Assembly: GCA_963516175.1 (NCBI GenBank)
Contig: CAUPZG010000001.1
Coordinates: forward strand, 17,972-81,971
Direction of reading: 5' to 3'
Source: an uncultured Candidatus Saccharibacteria bacterium
Lineage (GTDB): Bacteria > Patescibacteriota > Saccharimonadia > Saccharimonadales > Saccharimonadaceae
DNA: 64,000 nucleotides
The translations under genes and the position numbers were made by a program. Shown in pieces: positions 20,214-30,208 of this stretch. Numbering within the stretch: the stretch's first letter is position 1; each line of letters starts with the position of its first letter. The notes beneath the pieces are model-generated. The model ran no database searches. It was not told the origin of the DNA and saw only the letters and a list, made by a program, of their open reading frames with translations.

Positions 20214-21959
20214 TTACCAGCCGCCGCCGCCGCCTCCTCCGCCGCCTCCGCCAGCGAAACCGCCGCCAGTCGAGCCACCCGTCGAGGATTCAAACGAACT
20301 CACACTTACGGCTGCGCTCGACAGACTGCTCATCCCGGTTGCAAACGCCGCTGCGTTGAACGCGCCTTGACCCGCGTACCAGTCTGGCTGCTCACTAACC
20401 TGCTCGTAATACTTGCCTAGCTGCGCACTCCACTCTTTTTCCTGCCCAAATAGCACCGCGTACGGCAATACTCGCTCATACAATTTCACCAACTGCTTCC
20501 CATCAGTCGGATCGACTGTCACTTTTTCTGCGCCCTCAGGACTCTGTAGCATCTGGAGACGCTCAACCTCAGCCACGCCAATATACTTCTTTAATCCCGC
20601 TAGATATCGCCGCAGCGCCAAACCCTTATCTGTGAGTATCTTACCAAACGACAAGCAAAATACCGCTACCGCCAGCACCAAGAATACTGGCGACAGCAAC
20701 GGCACCGCAAAAATACCGATAATTACAGCATACCGCCGAAAACGCTGTGTATGCTGCGGATCACGCGCCTTTAGCCCATACGCCCCAGCAATTCGCTTAT
20801 CGAGGCGCTCCTTGTTGTTACGGATACGTTTGGCATAGGCAGCGTTATTCCGCAATGTCTTGAGGTTAAGCGTATCACCAACCGCTGGCCAACGCCCAAA
20901 TATATCCCGCAAGAGTTTTTGCTCTTCCACGAGAAGTGTACCTGGGTCCTGTATCACCTTCACTTCGTACTCAGCCGCTCGCCACGTAGTGCGCGGTTTC
21001 ACCTCGATAACCTGAATATAATGCCGCACCGCCAGGTCTATCATCTGCGCCGCCATTACCGACCCTTTGACCATGAAAAACGGTTGCACTAATCTAGCTG
21101 ATGTTGTCACGCTTACGTCTTTGGGCGGTAAATACTCTGGTGGAATTGGCTCCAGTTCCTTGCGGCGACCAACCGACCGATAGTAGGCTACGACAATTAA
21201 CCCTGCTAATATCAGTACCACTCCTATTAACACTGCCTGTAATTTCGCCCACCAGTCAATCAGCTGCTCCATGAACGACATTTGATACGCAGCAAATGTC
21301 TCCGGCGCAAATCCGACCGCGACCGTCACGCCAGCCATCTTTGGTAGTGCATGTGCTTTCGCTATCAATATACCATCTTGTTCATACACCTCGCAGCGCT
21401 GGCTACTGCCAGACGCACCCTGATAGCACTGGAGGTCCGTTTGCTTGGCAGCCGCCAGCTCAGGGCTTAACCTGAGCGTCACTGATGCCGAGCGAATTGG
21501 TACCTGCCACTCGGTACCGATCGCATCCCAGTAAAACTCCTGATTACCCGTATCATGATATATTTTTGTTACATCCCGTTGCGTATAGGTAATGACGTAG
21601 GTCTTTTTACCCTCGACGTAGGCATCTTTATTGCCAATTCTCAACTCATCACCATGCCATGCATGCTCCAGTGGTGCGCCCCGCTCGTCTGTCACGGATT
21701 CTAGCGTAAAGTGAGTCGGATGTTTATCATACTGCTTGACGAATACCGGTGCGATGCCATGATTTTGCCGCGGCAGAAAATCTGCAGTAATGGTCAATTT
21801 TGTACGTAGCGTCGAACGCCGTTCGCTGTCGCGCCCAAGCTCCATATCGACATTATAATTACTAATCGTAAAGTTATTGGTATTTGTAGCCTGCGCCGTT
21901 GACCCGAACCCAACCAGCAGCGCAATCACCACGACCAACCCAAAGAAGAATCGTTTCAT
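20214..21959 (-). CDS. DUF2207 family membrane protein
   Basis: Signal peptide, EFYWDAIG, LYERVLPYAVLFG, Gly-rich tail ending GGGGGGGGGGW. Confidence 0.88.
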   Translation of the reverse strand: MKRFFFGLVVVIALLVGFGSTAQATNTNNFTISNYNVDMELGRDSERRSTLRTKLTITADFLPRQNHGIAPVFVKQYDKHPTHFTLESVTDERGAPLEHAWHGDELRIGNKDAYVEGKKTYVITYTQRDVTKIYHDTGNQEFYWDAIGTEWQVPIRSASVTLRLSPELAAAKQTDLQCYQGASGSSQRCEVYEQDGILIAKAHALPKMAGVTVAVGFAPETFAAYQMSFMEQLIDWWAKLQAVLIGVVLILAGLIVVAYYRSVGRRKELEPIPPEYLPPKDVSVTTSARLVQPFFMVKGSVMAAQMIDLAVRHYIQVIEVKPRTTWRAAEYEVKVIQDPGTLLVEEQKLLRDIFGRWPAVGDTLNLKTLRNNAAYAKRIRNNKERLDKRIAGAYGLKARDPQHTQRFRRYAVIIGIFAVPLLSPVFLVLAVAVFCLSFGKILTDKGLALRRYLAGLKKYIGVAEVERLQMLQSPEGAEKVTVDPTDGKQLVKLYERVLPYAVLFGQEKEWSAQLGKYYEQVSEQPDWYAGQGAFNAAAFATGMSSLSSAAVSVSSFESSTGGSTGGGFAGGGGGGGGGGGW

Positions 21960-22055
21960 ATTCTAATTATATCACTTATTGCTTAATGTGCTTTTAATAA
22001 TGTTTATCACCAATAGCCTTGTAATAATGAAGCATTTATTGGATAATGAGGAACG

Positions 22056-22637
22056 ATGTTTAAAGATAGTGATAGTATACCTGCAGTACCAGAGACAAGC
22101 AAAGCCCTGACTACACCCTCATGGGAAGTGGAATTGCCCGCTAGCTGTAACGATCCAGACCAAGCAGAGGAGCTCTACCATAATGCTCATTTGTGGATAG
22201 CAGAATTAAGGAGCAGGACGGAGCCCCCGGCCTATCCACTCCGTACACTAATGAATGTGGTTAATGTGGCTGATTTAATCCGTGATAACTACCCAGAGAG
22301 AGCATATAATCTCGAGGATGCGCTCAAGGAATTGGAGCTTGAGCCGGGTGAGCTTTCTAAAGATATGCGAAGGTGTCTCGGCCAGATAGCTCTAGCAATA
22401 CACAACTTTTATCATCCAAAAACCAACGCTGCGCCAGCAAAGACGATCATGGAGCAGTTCAATCAGCAAAACTTACCGATACGAGATGACATCATACTTC
22501 AACGGTTATCCGGAAGTGGGTCTCAGCGACTGACGCTGGAAGAAGTACGACAGCAGGCGCGTCAAGCTGTGGAAACCAAGCTAGATCCCAAGACAATTCA
22601 AACCATCTACCACCCAGCAGACGTTGACGAGCAGTAA
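22056..22637 (+). CDS. Hypothetical protein (orphan-like)
   Basis: 193-aa ORF filling the intergenic gap; GAGGA SD; no recognised motif. Confidence 0.7.
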   Translation: MFKDSDSIPAVPETSKALTTPSWEVELPASCNDPDQAEELYHNAHLWIAELRSRTEPPAYPLRTLMNVVNVADLIRDNYPERAYNLEDALKELELEPGELSKDMRRCLGQIALAIHNFYHPKTNAAPAKTIMEQFNQQNLPIRDDIILQRLSGSGSQRLTLEEVRQQARQAVETKLDPKTIQTIYHPADVDEQ

Positions 22638-22659
22638 ACTCTTCGGTTGTTCCGCCCGG

Positions 22660-23115
22660 CTACCGCAGCGCTACCACCGTATACACCAACTCGCCCTTTG
22701 GCGTGCTGATCGTTACCGTATCACCAACTGCTTTTCCCATCAGCGCCTGACCGATCGGCGACTCATTCGAGACCTTCCCTTCTAGCGGATCCGCCTCGAC
22801 CGGCCCAACGACAGTATAAACCACTGCCTTACCATTCGCCTCCAGCTCCACTGTACTACCTAGCACCACCGTCGAACTACTGCCAGCCTGAATGATGCTC
22901 GCATTCTGCAAAATTGTTTCGATCTCGGTGATACGCGTTTCTAGCAGCCCTTGGGCCTCACGCGCCGCATCGTACTCTGCATTCTCACTCAAATCACCAA
23001 AATCCCGCGCCGCCGCGATTTTATCAGCGATCTCGCCGCGCCGACTTTTTAGCTCCTCCAGCTCTCGTTCTAGCTCATGCTGGCCACTCTCGGTGATCTG
23101 ATATACCTTATTCAT
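22660..23115 (-). CDS. greA: Transcription elongation factor GreA
   Basis: GDLSENAEYDAARE, SNESPIGQALMG. Confidence 0.97.
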   Translation of the reverse strand: MNKVYQITESGQHELERELEELKSRRGEIADKIAAARDFGDLSENAEYDAAREAQGLLETRITEIETILQNASIIQAGSSSTVVLGSTVELEANGKAVVYTVVGPVEADPLEGKVSNESPIGQALMGKAVGDTVTISTPKGELVYTVVALR

Positions 23116-23203
23116 GTTACTCTCCTCACTCCATATATAGCGTCTACAAAAACAAAAAGTGCTATATATAGCGCTTATCCATATGGTTATTTAAGTCTCT
23201 ACG

Positions 23204-23232
23204 AGTATAGCAATCACCCCAAACCATGTCAA
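23204..23232 (-). promoter_or_regulatory. Sigma70-type promoter of greA
   Basis: TTGACA-17 nt-TATACT with TG extension. Confidence 0.75.
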
Positions 23233-23289
23233 TACATGACGGAGTCCCTGGTGCAATCTGGCCTCCGTCGCACATGTCAGACAATGTGA

Positions 23290-24540
23290 TCACCCGCGCT
23301 CCAAACAAAACCCGAGCAGCTGCTGATAATCCAGTTTCTTCGTCTCGCCAGTTGCCCGCTCGGTCAGTTCAAATAACCCATCGCTATCAATTGCTCGCTC
23401 ACCAATCGTAATCCGCCACGGCAGCCCCATCAACTCTGCATCGGCGAACTTGACGCCCGGCCGCTCGGCCCGATCGTCCAGTAGCACCTCCACACCCTTT
23501 TCCGCCAGCTCGGTATATAATGTACTCGCTAGCTCCTGGCCCTTGTCACCAATCGCCACCACATGAACCTTAAACGGAGCGACATTCTCTGGCCAAACCA
23601 GCCCCTTATCATCCGACATTTTCTCAGCAATCACCCCCATCACCCGCGTGATGCCAATGCCGTAACTGGCAAGGTAAATCGGATGCTGCTTGCCGTCCTC
23701 ACCAGTGTACATGATACCCATCTGCTCAGCTTTTTCGGTACCAAATTTAAAGATATTACCCACCTCCGCACTGACAACTGGCAGCAGATCATCTCTACTG
23801 ATACCCAATTCCTTAGTAGCATCATCCAACACTTCTTCGTTGACAGCTACCGTCTGGTCAGCATTGACGTATAGTGTATCCTCACCCGCTTCACATATCG
23901 TCTGAAACTCGTGACTAAACTTAGTAAACGCCCCGCCGCCAGCAAACGTCACAAATGTACTATCACCAATGCCAAGCCGCGCATAGCAGCGCTTATACGC
24001 CTCGATAACCCGCTCATAATACTGATCCATGTCCTCCTGTGTGGCGTGCAGGCTGTACATATCTTTCATGACAAATTCGCGGCCACGCATAATACCGCTC
24101 TTTGATCGCAGTTCATTACGCAACTTGGTCTGAAACTGGTACACACTGACCGGTAGGTCCTTATAGCTTTTAACATATTGCTGCATCATTTCCATAATCG
24201 CTTCTTCGTGGCTCCATGCCAACCCCAGCTCAGTATCGTCTTGCAAGCGAGTTTTGAACCACACATCGACCACCTCATCACTCCAGCGACCAGTTGCCTC
24301 CCAGGTCTCGCGGCGCTGCAAATTCGTCATGATCAACTCTTGGCCACCAATCGCATTCATCTCCTCACGAACAATTTGTTTGATGTTTTCCAGCACACGC
24401 AGCCCTAGCGGCGTGTACGCATACACGCCCGCCATCACCTTATACACAAATCCCGCCCGGATGAGGAGCTGGGCATTTTTCGACACTTCGTCCGCCGGTG
24501 CGGTCTTGGCCGTTTTAGTAAATAGTTGACTCATTCGCAT
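23290..24540 (-). CDS. proS: Proline--tRNA ligase (short, no full editing domain)
   Basis: MRMSQLF, LLIRAGF, GIMRGREFVMKDMYS, ASYGIG, GVKFADAELMG. Confidence 0.95.
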   Translation of the reverse strand: MRMSQLFTKTAKTAPADEVSKNAQLLIRAGFVYKVMAGVYAYTPLGLRVLENIKQIVREEMNAIGGQELIMTNLQRRETWEATGRWSDEVVDVWFKTRLQDDTELGLAWSHEEAIMEMMQQYVKSYKDLPVSVYQFQTKLRNELRSKSGIMRGREFVMKDMYSLHATQEDMDQYYERVIEAYKRCYARLGIGDSTFVTFAGGGAFTKFSHEFQTICEAGEDTLYVNADQTVAVNEEVLDDATKELGISRDDLLPVVSAEVGNIFKFGTEKAEQMGIMYTGEDGKQHPIYLASYGIGITRVMGVIAEKMSDDKGLVWPENVAPFKVHVVAIGDKGQELASTLYTELAEKGVEVLLDDRAERPGVKFADAELMGLPWRITIGERAIDSDGLFELTERATGETKKLDYQQLLGFCLERG

Positions 24541-24541
24541 C

Positions 24542-25378
24542 TTACATTCCTCCGATAAGCGGCAGTAGCGCTGACTTTAGTTGCTCTAAAAGGTTTGGAT
24601 TGACGTATAGCGCATAAAAGGCAATGCTATTTTTCGCGATATGCATCAGGACTGGCGCCCAGATCGCTCCGGTATACTCTCGCGCCAGGCTCATCACGAT
24701 ACTCAGCACAAAGGTATCGGCCGCAACCGCCCACTGGAGTGACCCGCTGCCTCCCCACAAATGCGCCGCCCCAAACGTCAAACTGGTGATTAAAACTGCC
24801 GCCCAAATTGGTGCCGTCCGCCGCAATTTACCATACAAATAACCGCGAAATAGTAGCTCTTCCGCTACTGGCGCCAATACTGCTATCGTCATAAACGCCG
24901 CGATATATTGCCACTGAGTACCAAGCATTGACTGCGAGAATGGCAGCGCCTGCGGCTGATGTATATCAATCGTTATCAGTTTAGTCACCACTGTTAAAAA
25001 TACCGCTGAACAAATCATGTATACAATAAAGGCCGCTGGCGTAATCACCACGTCCCACCACGATGGCCAGTCAGTCACTCCCATTTCCTTCAGTGTCGTT
25101 CGGCGGTGACGGACATAAAACGGCAGACTCACTACCAAGATCACCGCTAGCACATATACGAGGACTGAGCCCGTTGCATTTAGTAGCACCTCATTCACTG
25201 AGCCAAGCGGTACACCAACACGATTAAGTGTCCACACCAGACTAAGCACGACCAACTGCGCCATCCAAAACGCCGCATACGTCCACACTGGCAGCGCGAT
25301 GAGCAGCCACCAATTATGTTTATTCAGTCGCTCCTTTGTCGTCGACTGGGTTTTTTCACTTCTCACCCGCTTTCTCAT
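24542..25378 (-). CDS. CPBP (Abi/CAAX) intramembrane protease
   Basis: EELLFRG, FGAAH and MHIAKN motifs. Confidence 0.9.
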   Translation of the reverse strand: MRKRVRSEKTQSTTKERLNKHNWWLLIALPVWTYAAFWMAQLVVLSLVWTLNRVGVPLGSVNEVLLNATGSVLVYVLAVILVVSLPFYVRHRRTTLKEMGVTDWPSWWDVVITPAAFIVYMICSAVFLTVVTKLITIDIHQPQALPFSQSMLGTQWQYIAAFMTIAVLAPVAEELLFRGYLYGKLRRTAPIWAAVLITSLTFGAAHLWGGSGSLQWAVAADTFVLSIVMSLAREYTGAIWAPVLMHIAKNSIAFYALYVNPNLLEQLKSALLPLIGGM

Positions 25379-25380
25379 AT

Positions 25381-26547
25381 TTACCCCCTTAATACTTTCG
25401 CGATGTCACTCCACGTCACCAAAACCGTCAGTGCCATTAGCACCAAAAAACCGATGCCTTGAATCGTTTCCTCGCGCTCTTTGGTCAATTTTTTCTTGAA
25501 TAATTTAAAGCCTGCCATCGTAAACCATCGCCCACCGTCCAGCGCCGGAATTGGCAGTATATTCATCACCGCTAGCGTCAACGAGATGATCGCCGCCAGC
25601 AGTAAAATCTGCGTCACACCAGAGCTCAGCACTGACGGAAACAGCACACCCAAGATACCGACCGGCCCGGCCACACTTTCACCAACCGCCGCCAGATCAG
25701 CCTTGGCCGCCTGGCGAGATTCTGACGAGCCAAATAATTGCCCGATCGTCCCGTTGATCGTTTTCGCGAGGATCGAGCCAACGCCCGCCACTGTCTCATA
25801 CGTCAATTGCCCCGTGGTCACCACTGCTGCGATTGGCGCCGACCAGGTATTGTGAATCGTCTCCGTCTGCTGCGGGCCAACGCCGAGATAGCCGCCATTC
25901 TTTGCTTGGTCGGCAGTTTGCAATTTGACCTGCTTGGTGAGCGTCTGACCACTACGCACCAGCTCAATCGTTACCTCGCGGCCAGCCTGCGCTTTCGTGG
26001 CTGCCGACAGTTCCGCCGGTGTCGCCACACTATGATCGCCAATCTTTCGCACTTCATCACCGCGCTGGAGGCCAACCTTCTCTGCCGGCGAGCCTGGTGT
26101 CACTCGTGCCACTGTCAGCACCGAACGCTCCACCCGTGAATCAAACGGCAGCACCACTTGCTGTGGTAAAATTTTTGGCATCCCCACGAGCGCCAATATC
26201 ATGAACAGCAGGGCAGCCGTCAGCCAGTTCATCATCACGCCGGCTAGCAAAATCTTGGTCTTTACCCAAAAAGTAGCACCACCATACGTCCCCGCGCCCT
26301 CAGCTGAATCGTACTCGCCCTTCAGCTTGACGAACCCGCCGAGTGGCAGCCAGTTTAGACTAAACACCACATTCTTGCCGAGAAAGCTCGTTTTAGGCCG
26401 CCATTTTTTTGCAGCCGGTGGAAAGCCGATACCGAATTCCTCAACCACCACACCATTGCGCCGCGCCACGATCGCGTGGCCTAATTCATGCACCACTACC
26501 AGCAGAACCAGTATAATCAGCCCGACCAAAATTCCAATGAACACCAT
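25381..26547 (-). CDS. rseP: Site-2 protease RseP (M50) with PDZ
   Basis: HELGH, LPLGGFV, NILPIPALDGG. Confidence 0.94.
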   Translation of the reverse strand: MVFIGILVGLIILVLLVVVHELGHAIVARRNGVVVEEFGIGFPPAAKKWRPKTSFLGKNVVFSLNWLPLGGFVKLKGEYDSAEGAGTYGGATFWVKTKILLAGVMMNWLTAALLFMILALVGMPKILPQQVVLPFDSRVERSVLTVARVTPGSPAEKVGLQRGDEVRKIGDHSVATPAELSAATKAQAGREVTIELVRSGQTLTKQVKLQTADQAKNGGYLGVGPQQTETIHNTWSAPIAAVVTTGQLTYETVAGVGSILAKTINGTIGQLFGSSESRQAAKADLAAVGESVAGPVGILGVLFPSVLSSGVTQILLLAAIISLTLAVMNILPIPALDGGRWFTMAGFKLFKKKLTKEREETIQGIGFLVLMALTVLVTWSDIAKVLRG

Positions 26548-26549
26548 TA

Positions 26550-27245
26550 TTACCCTCCAAAGCGCCGATTACGTTTTTTGTACTCCTCCAAAATGAAATC
26601 AACATCTTTCGTCGTCATGTCTGGCCAGTTCTTCTCGATAAACATTAGCTCGCTGTACGCTGCTCGCCACAGCATGAAATTACTCAATCGCTGTTCGCCG
26701 CTTGTTCGCACGATGAGGTCGCACGGCGGCACTTCTGGTGCATATAAGTTCTGAGCGATCAGTTCTGGCGTCACATCTTCGGCCGCCACACCCGACTGAA
26801 CAATTTTTTTAACCGCATCGGCAATTTCCAAATGTCCACCGTAATTGAGACACAAAAGTAGCTCGCCGCCCGTCAAATTTCGCGTTCGCTCCTCGGCCCG
26901 CTCAATTGCTTTTCGCAAGGTTTCTGACAACCCCTCGCGCGAACCAATCACCCGCATCCGTACATTATGTTCCAAAAATATCGGCACGTCCGATTCCAGC
27001 ACCTTGAGCAGCAGGCCCATCAAATGCCCAACCTCCTCCTCGGAACGTTTCCAATTTTCTGTACTGAACACATACGCGCTCGCATATTTCACACCGCAGC
27101 GCAGCGTCTCTAGCAGCACGTCCTTCAAGCTATTGTATCCCGCCAAATGCCCCTCATAGGCAGGTAGTCCGTGCTGTCTTGCCCAGCGACGATTGCCGTC
27201 AACAACAAACCCTATGTGCCTCGGTAATTCTGCTTTCTCACTCAT
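26550..27245 (-). CDS. uppS: Undecaprenyl diphosphate synthase
   Basis: DGNRRWA, FSTENWKR, RTSGEQRLSNF; start ATG 27245. Confidence 0.96.
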   Translation of the reverse strand: MSEKAELPRHIGFVVDGNRRWARQHGLPAYEGHLAGYNSLKDVLLETLRCGVKYASAYVFSTENWKRSEEEVGHLMGLLLKVLESDVPIFLEHNVRMRVIGSREGLSETLRKAIERAEERTRNLTGGELLLCLNYGGHLEIADAVKKIVQSGVAAEDVTPELIAQNLYAPEVPPCDLIVRTSGEQRLSNFMLWRAAYSELMFIEKNWPDMTTKDVDFILEEYKKRNRRFGG

Positions 27246-27654
27246 GTTTCTCCCTCCACTCATCAATCAACCTCACATCCTGCATATCCTTCTCACGCCT
27301 GCGCCAGTTTTTCCAGCGCCGCAGAAAATCTAGGTTGACAAACTTCACGCCGTCATATTCTACCGCGTAGTCCAGTAGCTCATCGTACTCAACCACTCGC
27401 CCATCGATCTCCCAGCCATCCCAGATCTCCACCGATCCATCATGCTTCACCAAATACCGGCGTTGGTTTTTATCAACCCTTTCAATCCAGTCATCGTCAC
27501 GAGCAATCTTTTCCAGCACCTCGCTACGAGCCGCCACATCAATATCAGTAGACCGGCGAATGCCTAATTGATCCAAAATACCACTACCAATGATAATAAT
27601 CTGATCCAGCGGCAGCCCTAATTCTTTCACGCGCTCGGCAAATGTCTGACTCAT
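27238..27654 (-). CDS. Hypothetical protein, nucleotidyltransferase-like fold
   Basis: IIIIGSG...STDIDV (GS..DxD) and C-terminal RREKDMQD; coupled to frr and uppS. Confidence 0.65.
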   Translation of the reverse strand: MSQTFAERVKELGLPLDQIIIIGSGILDQLGIRRSTDIDVAARSEVLEKIARDDDWIERVDKNQRRYLVKHDGSVEIWDGWEIDGRVVEYDELLDYAVEYDGVKFVNLDFLRRWKNWRRREKDMQDVRLIDEWREKHE

Positions 27655-28208
27655 CAAACCGTCAACACGTCCTTTTCTTTTGCCTTAAACGCTTCGTCAA
27701 TTTGTGTTTGCATCGTACTCATTAGCGCGTCAATCTCCTTCTCAACCCGCTTGAGATCGTCCTCACCAAGCTCCTTGGCATCTTTCATCCGCTTGGCATC
27801 CTTCAGGGCATCCTGGCGGATTGTCCGCATAGCGATCCGGACCTCTTCGACCTTTTCACTGACTTGCTTGACTAATTGCTTGCGGCGCTCCTCGGTCAAT
27901 GCCGGCACTGGCACGCGCACCACTCGCCCATCATCGGACGGATTAAAACCCAAGCTCTGATTATCGCGAATTGCTGCCGAAATTGCCGTAATATTACTCG
28001 GATCAAATGGCGTCACCAGCAGCATCTGCGCCTCCGGCGCCGTCACATTTGCCACCTGGTTCAGCGGCATCCGCGTTCCGTACGCTTCCACCATCACGCC
28101 ATCCAGCATTCCAGCGTGTGCCCGGCCCGTCCGCACCTTTTTTAGTTCGTCCTGAAAATGGCCAAACGCCTGCGCCATTTTATCCTCATATGGTTGTGTG
28201 TCAAACAT
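27654..28208 (-). CDS. frr: Ribosome recycling factor
   Basis: VRTGRA, NPSDDG, PALTEERRKQLVK, KEKDVL. Confidence 0.97.
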   Translation of the reverse strand: MFDTQPYEDKMAQAFGHFQDELKKVRTGRAHAGMLDGVMVEAYGTRMPLNQVANVTAPEAQMLLVTPFDPSNITAISAAIRDNQSLGFNPSDDGRVVRVPVPALTEERRKQLVKQVSEKVEEVRIAMRTIRQDALKDAKRMKDAKELGEDDLKRVEKEIDALMSTMQTQIDEAFKAKEKDVLTV

Positions 28209-28284
28209 ATTTCCTCCAAACTTAATCTATTACCATTATAACAGATTGCTACACCAAGTGGCTTATTGACTTTATGGGTATTTT

Positions 28285-29058
28285 ATGTTACAGTCCTTTC
28301 CCGATGCAGGCGAAGCTACCGCTCGGGCTGCTCAGCAAATTATCCAAGAGACTGCACAGGAGCTAGCCAACCCAGACCTCGGCCTCAAACTAGGGGGGGC
28401 GGCGCTTCGGGCCCTCACTACTCTATGTAAGCGATGTGAATTATCTGATATCTGTTTGACCCAAGAAGTTATAGCATCAACGTATGAGCAGCAACGCAAT
28501 CAACATAACGAGTCCTCCACCCTCCCGAATACCAAAGAAATACCACATCCGCTATCCCTTCTCGCAAAGGATAGCATAATAGTCCAGCCGCAAGATACCG
28601 TGCAGCTGGTGTCTATTCGATCTAACATGAAAGGTATCCAGCTCCGGTCTAACGCCCTGGATGATATCGAACTAGTGTCATTTTCTGTCTGTTCAGACAG
28701 ATACACGACAGGAGCAGTTATTATCGATGCTTCGCCGATCGTAAACAGTGGTAACATCCAGCCAGCAGCACCAGAAGATATGAAAGTTCTCCTCAATAAA
28801 TTAGTATCATTTGCTGTCGCACCCAATAATAGAAGTGAGTTTCAACTATATCAGACTAACAATAGCGCTATACGCCGCATAAACTCTGACTCAACATACC
28901 AAACGACTATTCGCGAAGTACGCATGAGAGGAAAGAACCGCCTATATTTTACGATTTCCAGTAACGATAACGGCATCCCAGTTATTGTCATCATTGGGTG
29001 TCACGGCGATAAAGAGTCATATCAGACCGAATTCTTGAGAGCAATTGGTCGTAATTGA
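28285..29058 (+). CDS. Hypothetical protein with C-terminal RelE/HigB-like segment; start uncertain
   Basis: C-terminus IREVRMRGKNRLYF...VIVIIGCHGDKESYQ. The listed ATG overlaps a TTGACT-17-TACAGT promoter-like sequence. Confidence 0.6.
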   Translation: MLQSFPDAGEATARAAQQIIQETAQELANPDLGLKLGGAALRALTTLCKRCELSDICLTQEVIASTYEQQRNQHNESSTLPNTKEIPHPLSLLAKDSIIVQPQDTVQLVSIRSNMKGIQLRSNALDDIELVSFSVCSDRYTTGAVIIDASPIVNSGNIQPAAPEDMKVLLNKLVSFAVAPNNRSEFQLYQTNNSAIRRINSDSTYQTTIREVRMRGKNRLYFTISSNDNGIPVIVIIGCHGDKESYQTEFLRAIGRN

Positions 29059-29101
29059 TAGATAGACTGGCCACGCCATGCAGCATGCTATAATATCCTC
29101 A

Positions 29102-30157
29102 ATGATTTCTAGGGTAAAGGTATATAATTTTCGCTCATACAATCTGTTCGAAACCGAGCTATCTCCGCACGGTACTGTCATCGTTGGGCCAAACGGTACG
29201 GGCAAGACAAACTTGCTCGAAGCGATATATGTTGCCCTCCGCGGTAGTAGCTTTCGTGGCAGCCTTGCTGACTGTATGCAGCACAATCAAACACAAACCA
29301 TCATCCACCTCGAAACTAATGATACCCCCCGACGTCTCCAGCTGCTCCGCACAACCGACGGAACGATAAGTAAAGAGTTCACGATTAACGATAGCCGCAG
29401 CAAGCTCCTCCCCCGCAAACATCGCCTGCCGGTCGTTCTATTTGAGCCAAGCGAGCTACGACTTATTTCCTCCTCGCCATCGCGGCGACGGGATTTTCTG
29501 GATGGCATGTTGTCGCGGCTGGATGCTCAGTACGACACCACGCTCCGCGCCTTTCATCGAACCTTGTTGCAGCGCAACGAACTGCTCAAACACCCCCACG
29601 AGACAAACCAAAACTGGCGCGATCATCTCTTTGCTTGGGATATTAAGTTCGTCCAGCTAGCGACCCACATCGCCCAGGCTCGTGCTGAATTCTTGGCGAA
29701 GCACGAGATGGCGCTGAGTAGTTTATATGCAGCGCTAGCGGGACACCAGACAGCTTTTACGGCCGCCTATCAAGCCAGTGCATCACTTGATCGATACGAA
29801 CAGTCGCTCCTTGACCGCCTACAGCGTGCCCGCGACTACGAAATCGCCACAGGTCACACCTCGGCCGGCCCACACCGCGAAGATTTTACGATTTTCCTCC
29901 ATAACCAGCCGGCTATCAAGGTCGCCTCGCGCGGCGAAATGCGTACCATCATGCTAGCCTTCAAGCTGCTCGAACTGGAACTGCAAACGAAGGTCAGCCA
30001 AGCGCGGCCACTGATCCTCCTAGACGACGTCTTTTCCGAGCTGGACGCCACTCGCGAAAAGCTTCTCCAAGAGACCATCCAACATCATCAATTCATCGTC
30101 ACCACTACCGACGCCCGTCACCAAAGGGATGACTGCTTGATAATCTCAACACGCTAA
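29102..30157 (+). CDS. recF: DNA replication/repair protein RecF
   Basis: NFRSY, GPNGTGKTNLLEAI, RRRDFLD, GPHRED, ASRGE, LLDDVFSELD. Start moved to ATG 29102. Confidence 0.95.
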   Translation: MISRVKVYNFRSYNLFETELSPHGTVIVGPNGTGKTNLLEAIYVALRGSSFRGSLADCMQHNQTQTIIHLETNDTPRRLQLLRTTDGTISKEFTINDSRSKLLPRKHRLPVVLFEPSELRLISSSPSRRRDFLDGMLSRLDAQYDTTLRAFHRTLLQRNELLKHPHETNQNWRDHLFAWDIKFVQLATHIAQARAEFLAKHEMALSSLYAALAGHQTAFTAAYQASASLDRYEQSLLDRLQRARDYEIATGHTSAGPHREDFTIFLHNQPAIKVASRGEMRTIMLAFKLLELELQTKVSQARPLILLDDVFSELDATREKLLQETIQHHQFIVTTTDARHQRDDCLIISTR

Positions 30158-30182
30158 AATCCCGCCAAAATGGCGGGATTTA
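30156..30182. terminator. Bidirectional terminator between recF and tsf
   Basis: AAAATCCCGCCA-AAA-TGGCGGGATTT hairpin between convergent genes. Confidence 0.8.
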
Positions 30183-30208
30183 TCATGCTCAGTCAAAGTA
30201 TAACGATA

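Noticed and set aside
20098..20370. Plus-strand ORF with a poly-proline run
   Set aside because: It is the antisense reading of the Gly-rich tail of the DUF2207 gene.
28393..28399. G7 tract as a phase-variation switch
   Set aside because: The tract is short, the frame is intact, and nothing else supports it.
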